From assembly GCA_050950285.1 (NCBI GenBank), contig JBMNHG010000003.1:62001-126000 (forward strand): a DNA stretch of 64,000 nucleotides. The letters run 5' to 3'. This document shows positions 33,046-43,400 of the stretch, in pieces. Below the pieces are notes generated by a model, which saw only the letters and a program-made list of their open reading frames with translations, searched no databases and was not told the origin of the DNA. The stretch is from Kiritimatiellia bacterium (GTDB lineage Bacteria > Verrucomicrobiota > Kiritimatiellia > RFP12 > JBMNHG01). Positions within the stretch are counted from its first letter, which is position 1. Each line of letters starts with the position of its first letter. The position numbers were made by a program, and so were the translations under genes.

Positions 33046-33990
33046 CTACGTCCCGATCAGGATCACCGCCGCCAGCGTCGGGAGGGCGCACAGCGTGCTG
33101 AGGACCACCACGGCCCCCGCCAGCTCCCGGTCGGCGCCCATCTGGTCGGCCATCACATACGAGGCCACGGCGGCGGGCGTGGCGATGAAGAGCAATGCCG
33201 CCAGCCGCAGGTCGCCGACCACCCCGAGCATCGCCGTGGTGGCCAGGCCCAGCAACGGGCACACGACCAGCCGGAGGGCCGTGGCGGCCGCGGCGCGGGG
33301 CAGCAGGCCGCGCAGGCGTTCCGGCGCGATCCCGGCGCCCAGCGCAATCAGCGCGCCGCCCATGCTCATGTTCCCGGTGGCCCGCACGGCGCGGGCCAGG
33401 CAGTCCGGAATCCCCAGGCCGAAGCGGATCCGCAGGAAGGCCGCGAGGACGCCCAGGAAACAGGAGATCACGAGCGGGTTCGCGAGCATCTTCGCGGCCG
33501 TGCGCGCGAGGAGCTTCCAGAGGCTCTCCCCGCCCCTTTCGAACGGGGTGAGCACCGCCACCGCGAGCATGTTGTTCACGATGGTGAGCAGGGCCAGCGC
33601 CAGGTAGATCACCGAGGAGCGGCCCGCGTCTTCGGGAAGGGCGAAGAAGACCACGGGAAGCCCCACGTAGGCGTAGTTCCCGCGGAAGGCCGCCTGCACG
33701 AACGCGCGCATCGAGGGCGCGGGCAGGCGCATCGCCGCGCCCGCGCCCCAGGCGACGAGCGCCGTCAGCACGTTCGCCGCGAACATGGCGGCGGCCATCC
33801 GGGTGGCGGCCCCCGCGGCAACCTGCGCGCGGGCGGTCTCGAGGAAGAGCACGGCGGGAAGAGCCACCCAGAAGACGAGCCGGTTCAACTGCGAGAAGAA
33901 GAGCGCCGGGAGGAATCCGCCGGCGCGCAGGGCAAAGCCCAGCACGACCAGCAGCACGACCGGGACCAGCGTATTGAAGACGGTTTCCAT
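33046..33990 (-). CDS. AEC family transporter
   Basis: About 10 TM helices; LNRLVFWVALPAVLF, FRGNYAYVGLP, NPLVI, PAAVASYVMA. Confidence 0.9.
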   Translation of the reverse strand: METVFNTLVPVVLLVVLGFALRAGGFLPALFFSQLNRLVFWVALPAVLFLETARAQVAAGAATRMAAAMFAANVLTALVAWGAGAAMRLPAPSMRAFVQAAFRGNYAYVGLPVVFFALPEDAGRSSVIYLALALLTIVNNMLAVAVLTPFERGGESLWKLLARTAAKMLANPLVISCFLGVLAAFLRIRFGLGIPDCLARAVRATGNMSMGGALIALGAGIAPERLRGLLPRAAAATALRLVVCPLLGLATTAMLGVVGDLRLAALLFIATPAAVASYVMADQMGADRELAGAVVVLSTLCALPTLAAVILIGT

Positions 33991-34049
33991 GGCGGGTACG
34001 ATACGGATGGAAAGGGGAAAGGGGAAGGAGAATCGGCTCTTCCCCCGGA

Positions 34050-34694
34050 TCATGCGAGGCCCGGGAGCCTCTCCAGGACGTCGCGCACGGGGCCGAAGGT
34101 GCGGCGGTGCTCCGGACAGGGGCCCAGCCGCCGGAGGGCGTCGAGGTGCTCCCTGGTGCCGTATCCCTTGTTCCCGGCGAAGCCGTATCCGGGATAGCGG
34201 GCGTCGAGCTCGTCGAGCGTCCGGTCGCGGCGCACCTTGGCGATCACGCTCGCGGCGGCGATGAGGAGGCTCTTCGCGTCCCCTTTCACGATGGCGGTGA
34301 AGGGGCAGGGGAGGCCCGAGGGCGGCAGGCCGTCGACGAGCGCGTGATCGGGCGGATGGGGCAACGCGTCCACGGCGCGCCGCATGGCGAGATGGGTGGC
34401 GCGGAGGATGTCGGTCGCGTCGATCTCCCCTGCGGCGGCTTCGCCGAAGCCGATGGAGACGCCCGGCGTGGCGCACAGCACGTCGTGGAAGTGCTCCCGC
34501 CGCCGGGCGGAGAGCTTTTTGCTGTCCGTGAGCCCCGCGAGGGCCGTGGCGAGCAGTTCCGCCGCGTGCTCGGGCGGGATGGAGACTGCGGCGGCAACGA
34601 CGGGGCCCGCCAGCGGCCCGCGGCCCGCCTCGTCCACGCCGGCGAGGACGGCCCCGGGGTGCGCCTTCCAGAAGGCTTGTTCCAGCGCGAGCAT
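34050..34694 (-). CDS. rnhB: Ribonuclease HII
   Basis: GVDEAGRGPLAGPV, DSKKL, KGD, AASVIAKVRRD, KGYGT. Confidence 0.96.
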   Translation of the reverse strand: MLALEQAFWKAHPGAVLAGVDEAGRGPLAGPVVAAAVSIPPEHAAELLATALAGLTDSKKLSARRREHFHDVLCATPGVSIGFGEAAAGEIDATDILRATHLAMRRAVDALPHPPDHALVDGLPPSGLPCPFTAIVKGDAKSLLIAAASVIAKVRRDRTLDELDARYPGYGFAGNKGYGTREHLDALRRLGPCPEHRRTFGPVRDVLERLPGLA

Positions 34695-34763
34695 GGGCGG
34701 ATTCGCGGAAGCAGGGAGAGACGGACGCCCCATCCGGCCCGTTCGCTCCGTTTGAGAATGAAC

Positions 34764-34800
34764 AGGCAGCTGGGGCGTGCGCGGCACGCCCCAGCTGCCT
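34764..34800 (-). terminator. Strong hairpin after rplS (terminator or processing/stability element)
   Basis: AGGCAGCTGGGGCGTGC-gcg-GCACGCCCCAGCTGCCT, perfect stem, weak U-tail. Confidence 0.6.
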
Positions 34801-34823
34801 CGTGGAAAAAGAGGGCGGGAGGC

Positions 34824-35180
34824 CTACTTGGCTTCGCGCAGGCGGGCCTTCTTCCCCTTGAGGCCGCGGAGGTAGTAGAGCTTGGCGCGGCGGACGCGGG
34901 CCGAGCGCTCGACTTCCACGCGATCGATGTAGGGGGAGTGCACGGGGAAGACCTTCTCGACGCCGACGCCGAAGGAGAGGCGGCGGACGGTAAAGGTTTC
35001 GGTGCTGCCGCGACCGTCGCGGGCAATCACGGTTCCGGCGAAGGCCTGGATGCGGCTTTTATCGCCTTCCTTGATCTTCACGAACACGCGGACGCTGTCG
35101 CCGATGGCGAACTGCGGGGCGTCCTCGCGGAGGTTCTCCTTGTTAATCTTGTCAATGGCCTTTGCAATCATGATGCTCAC
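34824..35180 (-). CDS. rplS: 50S ribosomal protein L19
   Basis: GDSVRV..EGDKSRIQAF..TFTVRR..GVGVEK..VRRAKLYYLR. Confidence 0.97.
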   Translation of the reverse strand: MSIMIAKAIDKINKENLREDAPQFAIGDSVRVFVKIKEGDKSRIQAFAGTVIARDGRGSTETFTVRRLSFGVGVEKVFPVHSPYIDRVEVERSARVRRAKLYYLRGLKGKKARLREAK

Positions 35181-35226
35181 TCCTCAAGAAAAGGGCCGGG
35201 AGCCCTGTTTTGAAATCAACCGGTTG

Positions 35227-35931
35227 TCATTCGCCCGTCGCGGGGGTGGCCCCGCCTGGGGCGGCGAGCAGATCGGGCCGGCGTTTCGCCGTCCTCTCCA
35301 CCGCCTTCGCGCGCCGCCACGAGGCCACCGCCTTGTGGTCGCCGCACAGCAGCACCTGCGGCACGGTCATGCCGCGGAACTCCGGCGGCCGCGTGTAGTG
35401 CGGATATTCGAGCAGCGGCGTCGTGAAGGATTCCTCCTCCGTCGCCGCGTCGCCTCCGCCCAGCACGCCCGGCATCAGGCGGACGACCGAGTCGATCACC
35501 ACCGCCGCCGGCAGCACGCCGTTGGTCAGCACGTAGTCGCCGATCGAAAGCTCGTCGGTAACCAGCGCCTCCCGCACCCGCTCGTCCACGCCCTCGTAGT
35601 GGCCGCAGAGGAAGACCAGGTGCCGTTCGCCGGCGAGGCGTCGGGCCTCCGCCTGGCGGAACGTCCGCCCTTGGGGGGTCATCAAAATCACGCGCGCACC
35701 GGGGGTTCGCACATGCTCGACGGCCTCGAAGAGCGGTTCGGGCTTCATCACCATCCCTGTGCCTCCCCCGTAGGGCCGGTCGTCCGTCGTCCGGCGGGCG
35801 TCCTGCGCGAAGTCGCGCGGGTCCAGGATGTTGAACTCCACGGCGCCCATGCGTGTCGCGCGCTTCAGCATGCTTTCCCCAAGGAACCCGTTCAGCGTTC
35901 CCGGAAAGATGGTGATGACGTCGATTCGCAC
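35227..35931 (-). CDS. trmD: tRNA (guanine-N1)-methyltransferase
   Basis: DDRPYGGGTGM, CGHYEGVDER, SIGDYVL, LEYPHYTRP. Confidence 0.97.
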   Translation of the reverse strand: MRIDVITIFPGTLNGFLGESMLKRATRMGAVEFNILDPRDFAQDARRTTDDRPYGGGTGMVMKPEPLFEAVEHVRTPGARVILMTPQGRTFRQAEARRLAGERHLVFLCGHYEGVDERVREALVTDELSIGDYVLTNGVLPAAVVIDSVVRLMPGVLGGGDAATEEESFTTPLLEYPHYTRPPEFRGMTVPQVLLCGDHKAVASWRRAKAVERTAKRRPDLLAAPGGATPATGE

Positions 35932-35955
35932 GGGCGGAAGCCCTCGGAACCCGCC

Positions 35956-36219
35956 TTACGTAGCGGCTTCGGCGGCCTGGGTGCGCTTGATCTTGCGCAC
36001 CATGCTGGCGACCGTCTCGGACAGCTGGGCGCCCTGGCTCTGCCAGTAGGCCACGCGATCCATGTCGATCACGAAGTTCTCGCCGGCGCGCTTGGGATCG
36101 TAGTGCCCCAGGTTCTCGATGAAACGGCCGTCGCGGGCGGCCCGGGAATCGGTCGCCACGATGCGGAACGAAGCGCACTTGTTACAACCAGTGCGACGAA
36201 GTCTAATCTTCACTGCCAT
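35956..36219 (-). CDS. rpsP: 30S ribosomal protein S16
   Basis: MAVKIRLRRTG..FRIVATDSRAARDGRFIENLGHYDP. Confidence 0.97.
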   Translation of the reverse strand: MAVKIRLRRTGCNKCASFRIVATDSRAARDGRFIENLGHYDPKRAGENFVIDMDRVAYWQSQGAQLSETVASMVRKIKRTQAAEAAT

Positions 36220-36629
36220 GTCGGTTTTTCTCCGTTGGAAACAAAGATAAATAGCAAAAGCGCAACGGCCACGCAAGCGCGGAATACCAACAGCGCGGGA
36301 ACCGCCCGCCGAATTACGCGCGACCAACCGCTGGCAGGTGTGTGGCGCGGAAACAGGGGCGGGCGGATGCCACCGGTACGGCTGGGAATCGAGAGAATCG
36401 GACGAATCGAATCTTTAGGATCACGCGATGACACCACCCCTCGGCAGTTCCGGCAGTTCCGGCTTCCCGCACAGCGAATGGCCCTTCTTCCGCTTCTTTA
36501 GCATGTACCGAAGCAGAAGAATCGCCCAGGCAATCAAGGGTACCGTGATCCAGTAGTACTTGGCCGCCAGGATGGGCACGGCAACTGCCAGTCGATCGCA
36601 CCGATTTCTGCAAGCGCGCGCCAGCAATT

Positions 36630-36716
36630 TTGACCTTATTGACTTCATTGACTCTATTGACAGGCTGGAATTGCGGCGCGAGCCACCGTCAATAGGGTCA
36701 ACGAGGTCAATGAGGT
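36630..36716. repeat. Inverted pair of 9-nt-period tandem arrays
   Basis: TTGAC at 36630, 36639, 36648, 36657; GTCAA at 36688, 36697, 36706. Confidence 0.85.
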
Positions 36717-36748
36717 GCCCGCACAAGCTCGCGGTGCGCCACTGAAAG

Positions 36749-36771
36749 GTGGGGCAAGCGTCCCGCTTGTC
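36749..36771 (+). repeat. REP-like palindrome (GTGG-type)
   Basis: GTGG + GGCAAGCG-tcc-CGCTTGTC. Confidence 0.6.
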
Positions 36772-36976
36772 TCTGTGATGGAACGATGGAGCGTGCAAGG
36801 CCTTGCAGTCGTGGGCTTGCAGTCCTGCCCTGCCGGCCTCCTCTCCAACACCCGTCCGCATTCCGCCCACTCTTCATGCGTGCCCTCGGTCACCCAACGA
36901 ATTACGCTCCACCTTCCCGATGTTTGCCATCTACTGCGGGATTTCTGCTAGAATACCCCTTTTCAAGGAATTCATC

Positions 36977-37276
36977 ATGGAACTGCACGACATCCTCGAA
37001 GCGCTGATGCTTCTCTGCTTCGGCGCGAGCTGGCCTTTCTCCATCGCGAAATCGATCCGCACGAAGGTGGTAAAAGGGAAAAGCCCCGTCTTCCTTTTCC
37101 TGATCCTCTCCGGCTACGTCTTCGGCATGGCCAAGGTCGTCACCCAGCATGCCGCGAAACGGGCGGTCTCCGGGGAGGCGACCCCGTTCCCGTGGATCTT
37201 CTGGTTCTACGCCGGTCTCTTCCTGCTTGTGGCCGTCGACGCCTGCCTCTACCTCCGCTACCGGAAGAACGCCTAG
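36977..37276 (+). CDS. Small 3-TM membrane protein (PQ-loop/SemiSWEET-like)
   Basis: LEALMLLCFGASWPFSIAKSIRTK..KGKS..FL..GY; three hydrophobic segments. Confidence 0.75.
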   Translation: MELHDILEALMLLCFGASWPFSIAKSIRTKVVKGKSPVFLFLILSGYVFGMAKVVTQHAAKRAVSGEATPFPWIFWFYAGLFLLVAVDACLYLRYRKNA

Positions 37277-37374
37277 CCACGGGGCCCGCGCCCTGGCAGG
37301 CACGGAAGTTGCACGGGTTCCCGGATGCGCCCCGCAGTCCGCGCGGCGCGCCGCCACCCTTCTGGAGAGTCCCG

Positions 37375-39342
37375 ATGCAGCCGTATGTCCCGCCGCTTCC
37401 ACCCGCCGCTTTCGCCGAGATCCGCTCCGTCGCGCAACCCACCGGCGCCACCGGGAACCGCGCCCCCGCCTGGACCGACGGCGGAACCTTCGTCTACCGC
37501 GTCTGCACGCCCGACGAGGAGTGCCTCCAGCCCATGCGCGAGGGGATCCGCATCACCGCGAACCTCCTCGACAACGAAATCAACCACATCGCGATCATCA
37601 ACGGCGTCATCGGCCACGACCATCCGGGCGGCTGGAACTGGGATGGACTCTGGCCCTACTGGAACCGCGTCACCTTCCGCGCCGGAAGCTGGGAGAAGCT
37701 CGCCGCGTTCATGTCGGACATCCTCCGCGAATCCAACGCCAAGGCCTCGTTCCATGTGAACCTCACCGACGTCAACGCCGGATTGCGCGACTACCCCGAA
37801 ACGCGGGCCTTCTTCGAACGCCTCGTCGAGACCCGGTCCATCTACCGGCGCGACTTCAATTCCGACACCCGCAAGCGCGACATCGGCCCGCCTTACGTGA
37901 TGAAGGAACTCCCCGCGAACGCCAACCCCGTGGAGATCGTCTCCCTCGTGAACTACGGGAATTTCTGGGACAGCGGCCTCGCGAAGGAGATGCTCGACGA
38001 GTTCTTCGCGCGCATGCCCTACGCCCCGCCCGTGCTGTATGTGGACGTCCTCACCCTGCAAGGGAGCAACTTCGAGACCGGCTACCCCGACGGCCCCCTC
38101 GGCGGAAGCCGCGACACCCAGCTCCAGGGCGTGCTGCACATCGCCGGATACCTGCGTTCGCGCGGGACCGAAATCGGGACCGAGGGCGATCGTCCCGAAT
38201 TGGGCGACTACGGCACCTACGGCTGGCTCCATTGCGACGCCGGCGCCGGACTCTCCACGCCCGACTACGCAAAAATCAAGGGCGCCGCGAAGGGGGCGCG
38301 CGCCGTCCTGCAGCAGGTCTATGGCAACACGGGCGCCTTCGCCGTCTCCCCCGTGGCCAATTCGGCCGGCCAGATCGCGAAGGTCCGCGACCACCACGCC
38401 ACGCTTCTCGCCGGCCGCCCCAGCCGCCGCCCCATGCCCGGCATCCGGACCTGGCACATCGCCGACCGCTCCGCCGAACGCAACGAATTCGACATGCTCC
38501 CCGGCGATGGCGGCGACCCCTTCCGCGGCGACTGGACAGACCTCGTCAACAATTTCTACATGGTCTCCATCCAGGAGCTGTTCCACATCGGGAATCGCTC
38601 CGTCCGCACCGCCGGATACCGTCGTATCGGCGTGATCCACATCGCCGGCATGGCCCTGCTCGACGCCGGCGGGAACGAGGCCGCCGTCCGCGCCATCTCC
38701 GACGCCGACCTCTCCCGGGTCGCCCCCTGGGCCGTGGAGGACGTCAAGCGCAACAACCGCCTGATGCTCGAGGAGCCGGTCGGATGGACCCTCGACGTGC
38801 CCGCCGAAGGCGACTACCGCTTCTGCCTCGACGGCTACCGCATCCGGGACGCCGGCGCCATCAACGTCTACGTCAACGGCAGGCATCGGCTCACCTCCCT
38901 GTCCGTCCAGTTCGGGGGCGACGGCGTCTCTCCCGCGCGTTCCGGGTTCGGGACCATCCGCCTCCAGGCCGGCACGAACGAAATCCGGATCGATTGCGGC
39001 CCCGTCTACGCCGCCTGGAGCGACGGCACCGAGGCGCTCTGGCTCACCCCTTCGCTCGGCACGGGCTTCACCGCGCGCAACGGCGACGTCGTCTACGCCG
39101 TCGACTACGACCGCATGTGGCCGGACACCTGGAGCGGCGCCCGGAAAATCCACTTCTTCAGCTGGGACGGGACGAGCCGCGAATGGCTCCTCCCGGAGGA
39201 CTGGGCCGATGCGGGGAGCGCCACCCTCTACCCGCTCACGCCGGATGGCCGGGGCGCGGGCGAACCCGTCGCGATCCGCAGCCGTCGCGTTTCGCCCGAA
39301 CTCCTCCCGCAGGTGCCGTACGTGCTGGTGCGGGCGGAATAA
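37375..39342 (+). CDS. Putative glycoside hydrolase (GH101-like) with CBM6/35-like module
   Basis: SFHVNLTD, LYVDV, GTEG barrel-like motifs; VPAEGDYRF..VYVNG..LQAGTNEIRI CBM-like segment; C-terminal W.LP..W....LYPLT..G. Confidence 0.5.
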   Translation: MQPYVPPLPPAAFAEIRSVAQPTGATGNRAPAWTDGGTFVYRVCTPDEECLQPMREGIRITANLLDNEINHIAIINGVIGHDHPGGWNWDGLWPYWNRVTFRAGSWEKLAAFMSDILRESNAKASFHVNLTDVNAGLRDYPETRAFFERLVETRSIYRRDFNSDTRKRDIGPPYVMKELPANANPVEIVSLVNYGNFWDSGLAKEMLDEFFARMPYAPPVLYVDVLTLQGSNFETGYPDGPLGGSRDTQLQGVLHIAGYLRSRGTEIGTEGDRPELGDYGTYGWLHCDAGAGLSTPDYAKIKGAAKGARAVLQQVYGNTGAFAVSPVANSAGQIAKVRDHHATLLAGRPSRRPMPGIRTWHIADRSAERNEFDMLPGDGGDPFRGDWTDLVNNFYMVSIQELFHIGNRSVRTAGYRRIGVIHIAGMALLDAGGNEAAVRAISDADLSRVAPWAVEDVKRNNRLMLEEPVGWTLDVPAEGDYRFCLDGYRIRDAGAINVYVNGRHRLTSLSVQFGGDGVSPARSGFGTIRLQAGTNEIRIDCGPVYAAWSDGTEALWLTPSLGTGFTARNGDVVYAVDYDRMWPDTWSGARKIHFFSWDGTSREWLLPEDWADAGSATLYPLTPDGRGAGEPVAIRSRRVSPELLPQVPYVLVRAE

Positions 39343-39348
39343 GCGGGC

Positions 39349-40233
39349 TCAAAGGCCGCGGAAGGCTTCGTAGTAGCGCCGCCCGAAGATCTTCAGGCTT
39401 CTCGCGTCGAAATGGACGCGGTCCGGATTGGGCGTGAGATCCGCCGAGGAGACGAACGCCGCCGGAGGCTGCTCGTCCACCACGCGCCGGTGGGCGGCGG
39501 TCACCTTGATCTGCCCTTCCCGCGAGGGGCGGTCGTCCCAGCGGGAGAGTTCGCCGATGAGGACCGGCACCTCCGGCGCGCCCAGACGTTCGCGCAAGGT
39601 GCGGATGTGCGCGCTCAGCAGATCGTAGTAGCGATCGGCGCGGGCGCCGGCGTCGGACTCCCCCTGGTGGAAGAGGATGGCGGTCCAGGCGCCCTGCCCC
39701 GCCACGGCTTCGATGCGCTTCATGGCGTCGTCGAAGGGATAGGTCTTGGTGGAGGCGCACAGGACGCCCGGAAGCCATTCGGTGAGACTCGACCCGCCCG
39801 CCGCGACGGGCACGAGCCCCACGACGGCATCGGGACGATCGGCCGCGAGGTGCTCCGCAAAGGTCCGGGCGAGCCCCACGCCGGCCATCTTTTTGTCGAA
39901 GTGGACGGGATCCTTGGCCACCACCCATTGCAGGTCGCGCGTGAGCATCAGCACGCGCGGGTTGAGGGTCTTGTTCTCGTCCGTGACCTGGCCGCGCCCG
40001 GCCATGTTCGACTGCCCCGTCAGCAACACCAGGAGGAACTTGTCCGCCGGCGGAAGCTCGATCCCCTCGCCCGGCACGGCCACCCCGGCGGCGGCCTCCC
40101 GCACGGCGGAATCCGCATCGGGCAGTTCAACCGCCTGGCCGTCCCGCTCGATCACCTGCCCATACGAAGACGACGCCAAGGCGCCCAGGCCCAACAAGGC
40201 CATCCAACCGGAAAAGAATCGCTTGAAGTTCAC
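39349..40233 (-). CDS. Secreted sialate O-acetylesterase (SASA/CE6-like)
   Basis: GQSNMAGRG, FHQGESD, DRVHFD; signal peptide; GTG start. Confidence 0.9.
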   Translation of the reverse strand: MNFKRFFSGWMALLGLGALASSSYGQVIERDGQAVELPDADSAVREAAAGVAVPGEGIELPPADKFLLVLLTGQSNMAGRGQVTDENKTLNPRVLMLTRDLQWVVAKDPVHFDKKMAGVGLARTFAEHLAADRPDAVVGLVPVAAGGSSLTEWLPGVLCASTKTYPFDDAMKRIEAVAGQGAWTAILFHQGESDAGARADRYYDLLSAHIRTLRERLGAPEVPVLIGELSRWDDRPSREGQIKVTAAHRRVVDEQPPAAFVSSADLTPNPDRVHFDARSLKIFGRRYYEAFRGL

Positions 40234-40425
40234 GCGCCCCACTGTACCCCCATCCCGCGTCCGGCGCAACCCCGCCCGACAGGACCGCGCGCAAAACAAA
40301 TCCCCTTGAGCGCGGCCCTCTCCCGCAATTTCTAGTGGCTTTCTAACGAAGGCAACACGCTCGTTTAACGCGGGAAAGTTACCCTGTCCGCCAAACAAAC
40401 CACTCGATGCGTACAGGAGAATACC

Positions 40426-43400
40426 GTGAAGACACCAACCACAGACACCCGCCGTCACACCCGCCTTCCGGGCTTGATCGCCTTCATGCTCGCGATGTGC
40501 ATGAGCGCCCGCGGCGCACTCGTTATCAACGAGGTCTGCTACAAGAACTCGACCGTGCCCGACGAGACCGGCAACACCTCGCGAGACTGGATCGAGCTGT
40601 ACAACCCAGGCCCGGAAGCGGTGAACGTCCTGGGCTACGGAGTGTACGACAAAAAAACGTTCGACGCGAGCCAAGGGGCGCAGTTGCCCGACTACATCCT
40701 TCCGGCCGGCGGATTCCTCGTGGTCTTTGCCGACTCGGACAAACATACGGCCTGGACCAACAACACGCTGGATATCGCCGCGATTCCCGCCAACACGGCC
40801 TGGCGCTACAGCGCACCGGACAGCGCACCGCCAGCCGAATGGAAGGAGAGGACGTTCGACGACACCGCATGGGCGAGCGGAATCGCGCCGCTGGGCTATA
40901 ACGACGCGACCCTCGACATGGATTGCGCGACGGCCCTGCCATACGGCGCCGACCCCGCCGATCGCCACCCGACCGCCTATTTCCGCAAGACGTTCGATAT
41001 CTTCAAACCGTCCGCCGTGACCGGCCTTGTCGTCCGCGCGCGCATCAACGACGGCATGGTCCTCTACCTCAACGGCGAGGAACAGACGCGCGTCAACATG
41101 CCGGACGGCACGGTCTCTTACGACACGCTCGCCACGACGAGTGTACCGCCGACGCTCTGGACCAACTTCCTGCTTTCGGCCTCCGACCTCGTGGCCGGCG
41201 ACAACGTGCTGGCCGTCGAGGTCCACCAGGCTGCGGCGGACAGCGTCGACCTGATCCTGGACATGACCGTCACCGCGCTCGTCAACGAACGGGTGCCGAT
41301 CGTCCACGGTTCGTTCGGGCTCAAAAAGGAGGGCGAGGATGTCTACCTCTTCGAGCCCGGGCAGACGGGGACATACATCCAAAAATTCGAGAAACCCGCT
41401 GCAGAGCCTGGCGAGAACAAGTCCTATGGCTTCGTCGTCGACGGCGACAAAGGCGGTGCCCGCCAAGTCTATGACCGTCCGACCCCCGGCTTCTCCAACG
41501 CGACGACGCCCCCGCAGGGGTACGAGGTCACACTCGACAAGCCGACCTTTTCGGTCGCGCCCGGCTTCTACGCCGCCAACCAGTCCGTCGTGCTAAGCGC
41601 TGCGTCCGGCAGCACGATCTACTACACGCTGGACGGCAGCGATCCCTGGGACAGCGACACGTCGGTATCCAGCGGCACGTCGATTCCAATCGACGCCGTG
41701 GCACCGGCCACTTCCGGCCTCGCGTGGATTCGCACCAACCCGGCCGAGATCGGCTCCCGGGTTCCCGGCGCCGACTGGCGGGCGCCGATCGGCAGCGTTT
41801 CCAAGGCGGTGGTACTCCGCGCGATCGCCGTCAGTTCCGATGGCACCCAATGCTCGCCCGAGGCGCGCGGCACCTACTTCATCGGCCCCTCCTTCGCCGG
41901 CCGCACCCTGCCTGCGGTGGCGATCATCACCGACACGAACAACCTGTTCGGCTTCACCTCGGGCATCTACGTGCCGGGCAAGTGTTACGCCGACTCGCCG
42001 GAGGGCTACGGCCCGGAGCAGTTCGGCAAGCCCAACGCGAACTACCACCAGGACAACGACGACCAGGCCTGGGAGCGCCCGGTGCAGGTCGAGCTTTTCG
42101 AGACCGCGCAGGATACCGCCGCCTTCGCCCATAATACCGGCATGGCCCTGCGCGGCGGCAGCTCGCGTTCCCTCCCGCAGAAGACGCTCTACCTCATCTG
42201 CCGCAACAGCACATACGGCACCGACACCATCCACTATCCGCTCTTTCCCGGCGAGAGCGGCACGCGCTACAAACGCTTCCTGCTGCGCAACAGCGGCAAC
42301 GACTGGTACGGCCACGACGGCACGAACCAGGTGGTGTCCGGCGGCGTCGGCACGATGCTCAAGGACGCGGTCTTCCACCGCATCGTCAGGAACCTGGACA
42401 CCTCGGTCATGGCCTACCGCCCCGTCACCGCCTACATCAACGGCGAGTATTGGGGCATCCACAACCTGCGCGAGAGCTTCGACAAACACTACCTCGCCAC
42501 ACGCTACGGGCTGGATCCCGACAACATGGACATTCTGGCGCACAAGGCGGATGATACCGACCCGACCAAGGTCAAAATCAAGCGCGACGACGGCGACAAG
42601 AACAGCGACGAGGAGTACGAGGAGCTGATCGCCTGGATCGGGAGCCACCCGCTCTCGCAGGCCGGCAACTACGAGCGCGTGCAGACGGCCGCCGTGTTCA
42701 CCAACGCGAGCGGTATCGTGATCACCGGCATCGACGTCGCCAACCACGCCGACTACATCATCGCCGAGACCTTCTTCGCCAACACCGACTGGCCGATCAA
42801 AAACTGCGACTTCTGGCGGGCGCACGCCGACGAGAGCGACACCTGCGGCGCCTTCGGCGACACCCGCTGGCGCTGGATGCTCTACGACCTCGATGCCTCC
42901 GGCGAGAAGGGCGCGGACTTCAACATGTTCGCCTACCTCTCCGCGGACGACATGACGGGAACCAACGAGCCCGGATTCCTGATCAACCAGCTCTGGTCGA
43001 ACCCGGACTTCCGCGACTACTTCGTGAACCGCTACGCCACTCTGCTCAACACCACCTTCCGCCCCGAACGCATGGCCGCGATCATCGCCGATGCCGCCGA
43101 CGAAATCGCCCCCGAGATCGAGCGCCACTTCCGGCGCTGGGGCCGCGACTTCACGCAGGCGCAGTGGCGCGCCGCCGTGACCAACGTGCTGATCGATTTC
43201 ACCGCCACGCGCCATGCGGTCTCCTGGCAGCATCTCAGCGACCACTTCAACCTGGGCGGAACCGGCACCCTCACGGTGAACAACCACGACGCCGCAGGCG
43301 CCGGCGGACGCTTCATCGTCAACGGGATCGACATCACGAACGGCACCGAAGGCGTCGCCACGCGCGCCTCCTGGAGCGGCACCTTCTTCCGCGGCCTGCC

